Part shown: positions 54,981 to 64,000 of the stretch, piece by piece
Layout of the letters: every line of letters begins with the position of its first letter
Position numbering within the stretch: position 1 is the stretch's first letter
DNA from: the human T2T-CHM13v2.0 reference genome, Homo sapiens
Length of the DNA: 64,000 nt
Reading direction: 5' to 3' (one strand)
NCBI RefSeq assembly: GCF_009914755.1
Contig: NC_060933.1
Position numbers and translations under genes: made by a program
Notes under the pieces: generated by a model
Seen by the model: only the letters and a program-made list of their open reading frames with translations
Databases searched by the model: none
What the model was told of the DNA's origin: nothing

Positions 54981-57900
54981 AACACGAGTGGAAGGGCATG
55001 GATTGGAATGCAATGGAATGGAATCAACCTGAGTACAGGGGAATGGAATGGAATGGAATGCAATGGAATGGAATCATCCGTAATGGAATGGAAAGGAATG
55101 GAATGGAATGGAATGGAATGGAATCAACACGATTGCAATAGAATGGAATGGAATGGAATTAACCCGAATAGAATGGAATGGAATGGAATGGAACGGAACG
55201 GAATGGAATGGAATGGAATGGAATGGAATGGAACGGAACGGAATGGAATGGAATGGAATGGAATGGAATCAACGCGAGTGCAGGGGAATGGCATGTAATG
55301 GAATGCAATGGAATGGAATCTTCCGGAATGGAATGGAATGGAATGGAATGGAATCAACCCGAGTGCAATGGAATGGAGTGGAATGGAATGGAATGGAATG
55401 GAACAACCCGAATGGAATGGAATGTAATGGAGAGTAAGGGAGTTGAATAGAATCAATCCGAATGTAATGGAATGGAATGGAATGGAATGGAATTGAATGG
55501 AATGGAATGGAATGCAATGGAGTGGAATCAACCCGAGTGCAATGGAATGGAGAGGAATGGAATGGAATGGAGTGGAAACTACCAGAATGGAGTGGAATGC
55601 AATGGAATGGAATCAACCCGAGTGCAATGGAATGGAGAGAAATGGAATGGAATGGAGTGGAAACTACCCGAATGGAATGTAATGTAATGGAGTGTAAGGG
55701 AATTGAATAGAATCAATCCGAATGTAATGGAAAGGAATGGAACGGAATGGAATGGAATGGAATGGAATGGAATGGAATGGAATGGAATGCAATGGAATGG
55801 AATCAACCCGAGTGCAATCGAATGGAATCGAATGGAATGGAATGCAATGGAATGGAATCAACTCGATTGCAATCGAATGGAATGGAATGGAATTAACCCG
55901 AATAGAATGGAATGGAATGGAATGGAAAGGAACGGAATGGAATGGAATGGAATGGAATGGAATGGAATGGAATGGAACGGAACGGAATGGAATGGAATGG
56001 AATGGAATGGAATGGAATGGAATCAACGCGAGTGCAGGGGAATGGAATGGAATGGAATGCAATGGAATGGAAACTTCCGGAATGGAATGGAATGGAATGG
56101 AATGGAATGGAATGAAATGCAATGGATTCAACTCGATTGCAATGCAATGGAATAGAATGGAATGGAATGGAATGGAATAGAATGAACCCGAATAGAATGG
56201 AATGGAATGCAATGGAACGGAATGGAACGGAATGGAATGGAATGGAATGGAATGGAATGGAATCAACCCGAGTGCAATGGAATGGAGTGGAATGGAATGG
56301 AATGGAATGGCACAACCCGAATGGAATGGAATGTAATGGAGAGTAAGGGAGTTGAATAGAATCAATCCGAATGTAATGGAATGGAATGGAACGGACTGGA
56401 ATTGAATGGAATGGAATGCAATGCAATGGAATCGAATCAACCCGAGTGCAATGGAATGGAGAGGAATGGAATGGAATGGAATGGAAACTACCCGAATGGA
56501 ATGGAATGTAAGGGAGTGTAAGGGAATTGAATAGAATCAATCCGAATGTAATGGAATGGAATGGAACGGAATGGAATGGAATGGAATGGAATGGAATGGA
56601 ATGGAAAGGAATGGAATGGAATGAAATGGAATGGAATGGAATGCAATGGAATGGAATCAACCCGAGTGCAATCGAATGGAATCGAATGGAATGGAATGCA
56701 ATGGAATGGATTCAACTTGAATGGAATGGAAAGAATGGAATCAACACGAGTGGAATGGCATGGATTGGAATGGAATGGAATGGAATCAACCCGAGTACAG
56801 GGGAATGGAATGGAATGGAATGCAATGGAATGGAATCATCCGTAATGGAATGGAAAGGAATGGAATGGAAAGGAATCAACTCGATTGCAATGGAATGGAA
56901 TGGAATGGAATTAACCCGAATAGAATGGAATGGAATTGAATGGAACGTAACGGAATGGAATGGAATGGAATGGAATGGAATGGAACGGAACGGAATGGAA
57001 TGGAATGGAATGGAATGGAATGGAATGGAATCAACGCGAGTGCAGGGGAATGGAATGGAATGGAATGCAATGGAATGGAATCTTCCGGAATGGAGTGGAA
57101 TGGAATGGAATGGAATTAAATGCAATGGATTCAACTCGATTGCAATGGAATGGAATAGAATGGAATGGAATGGAATGGAATGGAATTAATCCGAATAGAA
57201 TGGAATGGAATGGAGTGGAACGGAATGGAACGGAATGGAATGGAATGGAATGGTATGGAATGGAATGGAATGGTACGGAATAGAATGGAATGGAACGAAT
57301 TGTAATGGGATGGAATTGAATGGAATGGAATGGAATCAACGCGAGTGTAGGGGAATGTAATGGAACGGAATGCAATGGAATGGAATCATCCGGAATGGAA
57401 TGGAATGGAGTGGAATGGAATGGAATGGAGTGGAATGGAATCAACCCGACTGCAATGGAATGGAGTGGAATGGAATGGAATGGAATGGAACAACCCGAAT
57501 GGAGTGGAATGTAACGGAGAGTAAGGGAGTTGAATAGAATCAATCCGAATGTAATGGAATGGAATGCAACGGAATGGAATGGAATGGAATGGAATGGAAT
57601 GGAATGGAATGCAATGGAATTGAATCAACCCGAGTACAATGGAATGGAATGGAATGGAATGGAATGGAATGGAATGATACGGAATAGAATGGATTGGAAC
57701 GGAATGGAATGGAATGGAATGGAATGGAATGGAATGGAATGGAATGGAATGGAATCGTTCCGAGTGGAATAGGAGGGAATGTGTTCGAGTGGAATGGAAA
57801 GGAATGGTATCAACCAGAGTGGAATGGAAGGGAATGGAATGGAATGGAAACTAATAGAATGGAATCAATCCGAGTGGAATGGAATGGAAAGGACTGGAAT

Positions 57901-60900
57901 GGAATGGAATGGAATGGAATCAACTCGATTGTAATGGAATGGAATGGAATGGAATGGAATGGAATGGAATGGAATGGAATTAACCCGAATACAATGGAAT
58001 GGAATGGAATGGAACGGAATGGAGTGGAATGGAATGGAATCAACCCGAGTGCAGGGGAATGGAATGGAATGGAATGCAATGGAATGGAATCATCCGGAAT
58101 GGAATGGAATGGAATGCAATGGAATGGAATGGAATGGAATCAACCCGAGTGCAATGGAATGGAGTGAAATGGAATGGAATGGAATGGAAACAACCAGAAT
58201 GGATTGGAATATAATGGAGTGTAAGGGAATTGAATAGAATAAATCTGAATGTAATGAAATGGAATGGAACGAAATGGAATGCAATGGAATGGAATGGAAT
58301 GGAATGGAATGCAATGGAATGGAATCAACCCGAGTGCAATCGAATGGAATCGAATGGAATGGAATGCAATGGAATGGATTCAACTTGAATGGAATGGAAA
58401 GAATGGAATCAACACGAGTGGAATGGCATGGATTGGAATGGAATGGAATGGAATCAACCCGAGTACAGGGGAATGCAATGCAATGGAATGCAATGGAATG
58501 GAATCATCCGTAATGGAATGGAAAGGAATGGAATGGAATGGAATGGAATGGAATCAACTCGATTGCAATCGAATGGAATGGAATGGAATTAACCCGAATA
58601 GAATGGAATGGAATGGAATGGAACGGAACGGAATGGAATGGAATGGAATGGAATGGAACGGAACGGAACGGAACAGAATGGAATGGAATGGAATGGAATG
58701 GAATGGAATGGAATCAACGCGAGTGCAGGGGAATGGAATGGAATGGAATGCAATGGAATGGAATCTTCCGGAATGGAATGGAATGGAATGGAATGGAATG
58801 AAATGCAATGGATTCAACTCGATTGCAATGGAATGGAATAGAATGGAATGGAATGGAATGGAATGGAATTAATTCGTATAGAATGGAATGGAATGGAATG
58901 GAACGGAATGGAACGAAATGGAATGGAATGGAACAACCCGAATGGAATAGAATGTAATGGAGAGTAAGGGAGTTGAATAGAATCAATCCGAATGTAATGG
59001 AATGGAATGCAGCGGAATGGAATGGAATGGAATGGAATGGAATGCAATGGAATTGAATCAACCCGAGTACAATGGAATGGAATGGAATGGAATGGAATGG
59101 AATGGAATGGAATGGAATGATACGGAATAGAATGGAATGCAATGAAATGGAATGGAATGGAATGGAATGGAATGGAATGGAATGGAAAGGAATCGTTCCG
59201 AGTGGAATAGGAGGGAATGTTTTCGAGTGGAATGGAAAGGAATGGAATCAACCAGAGTGGAATGGAAGGGAATGGAATGGAATGGAAACTAATAGAATGG
59301 AATCAACCCGAGAGGAATGGAATGGAAAGGACTGGAATGGAATGGAATGGAATGGAATCAACTCGATTGTAATGGAATGGAATGGAATGGAATGGAATGG
59401 AATGGAATTAACCCGAATACAATGGAATGGAATGGAATGGAACGGAATGCAGTGGAATGGAATGGAATCAACCCGAGTGCAGGGGAATGGAATGGAATGG
59501 AATGCAATGGAATGGAATCATCCGGAATGGAATGGAATGGAATGGCATGCAAAGCAATGGAATCAACTCGATTGCAATGGAATGGAATGGAATGGAAAGG
59601 AATACATTGGAATCAACCCGAGTGGAATGCAATGGAAAGGACTGGAATGGAGTGGAATGGAATGGAATCAACTCGATTGGAATGGAATGGAATGGAATGG
59701 AATGGAATGGAAAGGAATTAACCCGAATAGAATGGAATGGAATGGAATGGAACGGAACGGAATGGAATGGAATGGAATGGAATGGAATGAAATGGAATGG
59801 AAACAACCCGACTGCAGGGGAATGGAATGGAATGGAATGCAATGGAATGGATTCAACGTGAATGGAATGGAAAGAATGGAATCAACGCGAGTGGAATGGC
59901 ATGGATTGGAATGGAATGGAATGGAATCAACCCGAGTACAGGGGAATGGAATGGAATGGAATGCAATGGAATGGAATCATCCGTAATGGAATGGAAAGGA
60001 ATGGAATGGAATGGAATGGAATCAACTCGATTGTAATCGAATGGAATGGAATGGAATTAACCCGAATAGAATGGAATGGAATGGAATGGAACGGAACGGA
60101 ACGGAATGGAATGGATTGGAATGGAATGGAATGGAATGGAATGGAACGGAAAGGAATTGAATGGAATGGAATGGAATGGAATGGAATGGAATGGAATCAA
60201 CGCGAGTGCAGGGGAATGGAATGGAATGGAATGCAATGGAATGGAATCTTCCGGAATGGAATGGAATGGAATGGAATGGAATGGAATAAACCCGAGTGCA
60301 ATGGAATGGAGTGGAAAGGAATAGAATGGAATGGAACAACCCGAATGGAATGGAATGTAATGGAGAGTAAGGGAGTTGAATAGAATAAATCCGAATGTAA
60401 TGGAATGGAATGGAACGGAATGGAATTGACTGGAATGGAATGGAATGCAATGGAATGGAATCAACCCGAGTTCAATGGAATAGAGAGGAATGGAATGGAA
60501 TGGAATGGAAACTACCCGAATGGAATGGAATGTAATGGAGTGTAAGGGAATTGAATAGAATCAATCCGAATGTAATGGAATGGAATGGAACGGAATGGAA
60601 TGGAACGGAATGGAATGGAATGGAATGGAATGCAATGGAATGGAATCAACCCGAGTGCAATCGAATGGAATCGAATGGAATGGAATGCAATGGAATGGAT
60701 TCAACTTGAATGGAATGGAAAGAATGGAATCAACACGAGTGGAATGGCATGGATTGGAATGGAATTGAATGGAATCAACCCGAGTACAGGGGAATGGAAT
60801 GGAATGGAATGCAATGGAATGGAATCATCCATAATGGAATGGAAAGGAATGGAATGGAATGGAATGGAATGGAATGGAATCAACTCGATTGCATTCGAAT

Positions 60901-63900
60901 GGAATGGAATGGAATCAACTCGATTGCAATCGAATGGAATGGAATGGAATTAACCCGAATAGAATGGAATGGAATGGAATGGAACGGAACGGAATGGAAT
61001 GGAATGGAATGGAATGGAACGGAACGGAACGGAATGGAATGGAATGGAATGGAATGGAATGGAATCAACGCGAGTGCAGGGGAATGGAATGGAATGGAAT
61101 GCAATGGAATGGAATCTTCCGGAATGGAATGGAATGGAATGGAATGGAATGAAATGCAATGGATTCAAATCGATTGCAATGGAATGGAATAGAATGGAAT
61201 GGAATGGAATTAATTCGAATAGAATGGAATGGAATGGAATGGAACGGAATGGAACGGAATGGAATGGAATGGAATGGTACGGAATAGAATGGAATGGAAC
61301 GAATTGTAATGGAATGGAATTGAATGGAATGGAATGGAATCAACGCGAGTGCAGGGGAATGTAATGGAACGGAATGCAATGGAATGGAATCATCCGGAAT
61401 GGAATGGAATGGAATGGAATGGAATGGAATGGAATCAACCCGAGTGCAATGGAATGGAGTGGAATGGAATGGAATGGAATGGAACAACCCGAATGGAATG
61501 GAATGTAATGGAGAGTAAGAGAGTTGAATAGAATCAATCCGAATGTAATGGAATGGAATGCAACGGAATGGAATGGAATGGAATGGAATGGAATGCAATG
61601 GAATTGAATCAACCCGAGTACAATGGAATGGAATGGAATGGAATGGAATGGAATGGAATGGAATGATACGGAATAGAATGGAATGGAACGAAATGGAATG
61701 GAATGGAATGGAATGGAATGGAATGGAATGGAAAGGAATCGTTCCGAGTGGAATAGGAGGGAATGTATTCGAGTGGAATGGAAAGGAATGGAATCAACCA
61801 GAGTGGAATGGAAGGGAATGGAATGGAATGGAAACTAATAGAATGGAATCAACCCGAGAGGAATGGAATGGAAAGGACTGGAATGGAATGGAATGGAATG
61901 GAATCAACTCGATTGTAATGGAATGGAATGGAATGGAATGGAATGGAATGGAATTAACCCGAATACAATACAATGGAATGGAATGGAACGGAATGGAGTG
62001 GAATTGAATTGAATCAACCAGAGTGCAGGGGAATGGAATGGAATGGAATGCAATGGAATGGAATCATCCGGAATGGAATGGAATGGAATGGAATGCAAAG
62101 CAATGGAATCAGCTCGATTGCAATGGAATGGAATGGAATGGAAAGGAATACATTGGAATCAACCCGAGTGGAATGGAATGGAAAGGACTGGAATGGAGTG
62201 GAATGGAATGGAATGGAATGGAATGGAATCAACTCGATTGCAATCGAATGGAATGGAATGGAATTAACCCGAATGGAATGGAATGGAATGGAATGGAACG
62301 GAACGGAATGGAATGGAATGGAATGGAATGGAACGGAATGGAAGGGAATGGAATGGAATAGAATGGAATGGAATGGAATCAACGCGAGTGCAGGGGAATG
62401 GAATGGAATGGAATGCAATGGAATGGAATCTTCCGGAATGGAATGGAATGGAATGGAATGGAATGGAATCAACCCGAGTGCTATGGAATGGAGTGGAATG
62501 GAATGGAATGGAATGGCACAACCCGAATGGAATGGAATGTAATGGAGAGTAAGGGAGTTGAATAGAATCAATACGAATGTAATGGAATGGAATGGAACGG
62601 ACTGGAATTGAATGGAATGGAATGGAATGCAATGGAATCGAATCAACCCGAGTGCAATGGAATGGAGAGGAATGGAATGGAATGGAATGGAAACTACCCG
62701 AATGGAATGGAATGTAATGGAGTGTAAGGGAATTGAATAGAATCAATCCGAATGTAATGGAATGGAATGGAACGGAATGGAATGGAATGGAATGGAATGC
62801 AATGGAATGGAATCAACCCGAGTGCAATCGAAAGGAATCGAATGGAATGGAATGCAATGGAATGGAATCAACTTGAATGGAATGGAAAGAATGGAATCAA
62901 CACGAGTGGAATGGCATGGATTGGAATGGAATGGAATGGAATCAACCCGAGTACAGGGGAATGGAATGGAATGGAATGCAATGGAATGGAATCATCCGTA
63001 ATGGAATGGAAAGGAATGGAATGGAATGGAATGGAATGGAATGGAATGGAATCGATTGGAATACCTTCAAACCGAATGGAATGGAATGGAATGGAATCAA
63101 CTGGATTGGAATGGAATGGAATGGAATGGAATGGAATGGAATGGAATTAACCCGAATAGAATGGAATTGAATGGAATTGAACGGAATGGAATGGAATGGA
63201 ATGGAATGGAATGGAATGGAATCAACCCGACTGCTGGGGAATGGAATGGAATGGAATGGAATGGAATGGAATGGAATGGAAAGGAATCATCCGGAACGGA
63301 ATGGAATGGAATGGAATGGAATCAACTGGATTGGAATGGAATGGAATGGAATCGAATGGAATGGAATGGAATTAACCGGAATAGAATGGAATGGAATGGA
63401 AAGGAACGGAATGGAATGGAATGGAATGGAATGGAATGGAATGGAATCAACCCGAGTGCAGGGGAATGGAATGGAATGGAATGCAATGGAATGGAATCAT
63501 CCGGAATGGAATGGAATGGAATGGAATGCAATCAAACTGATGCAGTGGAATGGAGTGGAATGGAATGGAACGGAATGGAAACATCCCGAATGGAATGGAA
63601 TGTAATGTAATGGATTGTAATGGAATTGAATAGAATCAATCCGAATGTAATGGAATGGAATGGAATGAAATGGAATGGAATAGAATCAACCCGAGTGCAA
63701 TGGAATGGATTCGAATGGAATGGAATGGAATGGAATGGATTCAACAAGAATGGAATGGAAAGGAATGGAATCAACCCGAGTGTAATGGCATGGAATGGAA
63801 TGGAATGGAATGGAATGGGATGGAATGGAATGGTACGGAATAGAATGGAATGGAATGAAATGGAATGGAATGGAATGGAATGGAATGAACCCGTGTGCAA

Positions 63901-64000
63901 TGGAATGGAATGGAATGGAATGGAATGGATTCAACTCGAATGGAATCAACTCGATTGCAATGGAATGGAATGGAATTGAAACGAACAGAATGGAATCAAC

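Larger units (their letters stand above)
1..64000 (+). repeat. Human Satellite III (HSat3) array, (GGAAT)n with interspersed CAACCCGAGT-type modules; probably chr9q12/HSat3B5-like
   Basis: The GGAAT pentamer dominates every line from base 1 to 64000 in one orientation. It is interrupted every ~50-150 bp by CAACCCGAGT, CAACGCGAGT, CAACTCGATT, CATCCGG or TTAACCCGAAT variants, the established SatIII signature. The chromosome assignment is an inference from the pHuR98-like module. Confidence 0.98.
1..64000 (+). ncRNA. Potential template for stress-induced SatIII lncRNA (GGAAU-rich strand)
   Basis: Established: HSF1 drives Pol II transcription of the GGAAT strand of SatIII, mainly at 9q12, to form nuclear stress bodies. 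Nothing in the sequence defines transcript ends or shows that this window is transcribed. Confidence 0.25.

Noticed and set aside
44-63979. Hundreds of ORFs on both strands (MEWNG and IPFHS repeats)
   Set aside because: (GGAAT)n has an ATG at every unit junction and no stop codon, so long overlapping ORFs arise in all frames. There is no domain content, splice structure or frame preference.
1-64000. CRISPR-like repeat/spacer appearance
   Set aside because: The intervening words are a small recurrent vocabulary rather than unique spacers, the spacing is irregular, and no cas genes are present.
1-64000. HSat2, alpha satellite, telomeric repeat, or Alu/L1 insertion
   Set aside because: I saw no HSat2-type CATTCGATTC/GATGAT-rich units, no 171-bp monomers or CENP-B boxes, no TTAGGG arrays, and no non-satellite stretch or poly-A tail.
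1-64000. Strand-switch (inversion) breakpoints, which occur in large HSat3 arrays
   Set aside because: No (ATTCC)n tract occurs on the + strand, so orientation is uniform across the window.

Overview
The whole 64 kb window is human Satellite III (HSat3) DNA. It is an uninterrupted (GGAAT)n array on the + strand, punctuated by a small set of CpG-bearing variant modules such as the classical CAACCCGAGT decamer. I found no genes, transposons, RNA genes, CRISPR arrays or strand inversions. Every ORF in the track is a translation artefact of the pentamer: (MEWNG)n on +, (IPFHS)n on -. A recurring ~150-bp module matches my recollection of the chr9 pHuR98 SatIII clone and primers, so 9q12 (HSat3B5) is the likely origin, pending alignment. 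The interpretable structure is nested duplication: three ~5-kb higher-order units (~14960-30060), a ~4.1-kb tandem pair (~46710-54980), a ~2.6-2.8-kb pair, several dispersed block copies and many 50-280-bp local duplications. The most function-relevant signal is about 37 perfect three-unit heat-shock elements (nGAAnnTTCnnGAAn) created by a single module variant. I do not see a new protein-coding or defence-type system. All counts and offsets were made by eye and may be off by a few.
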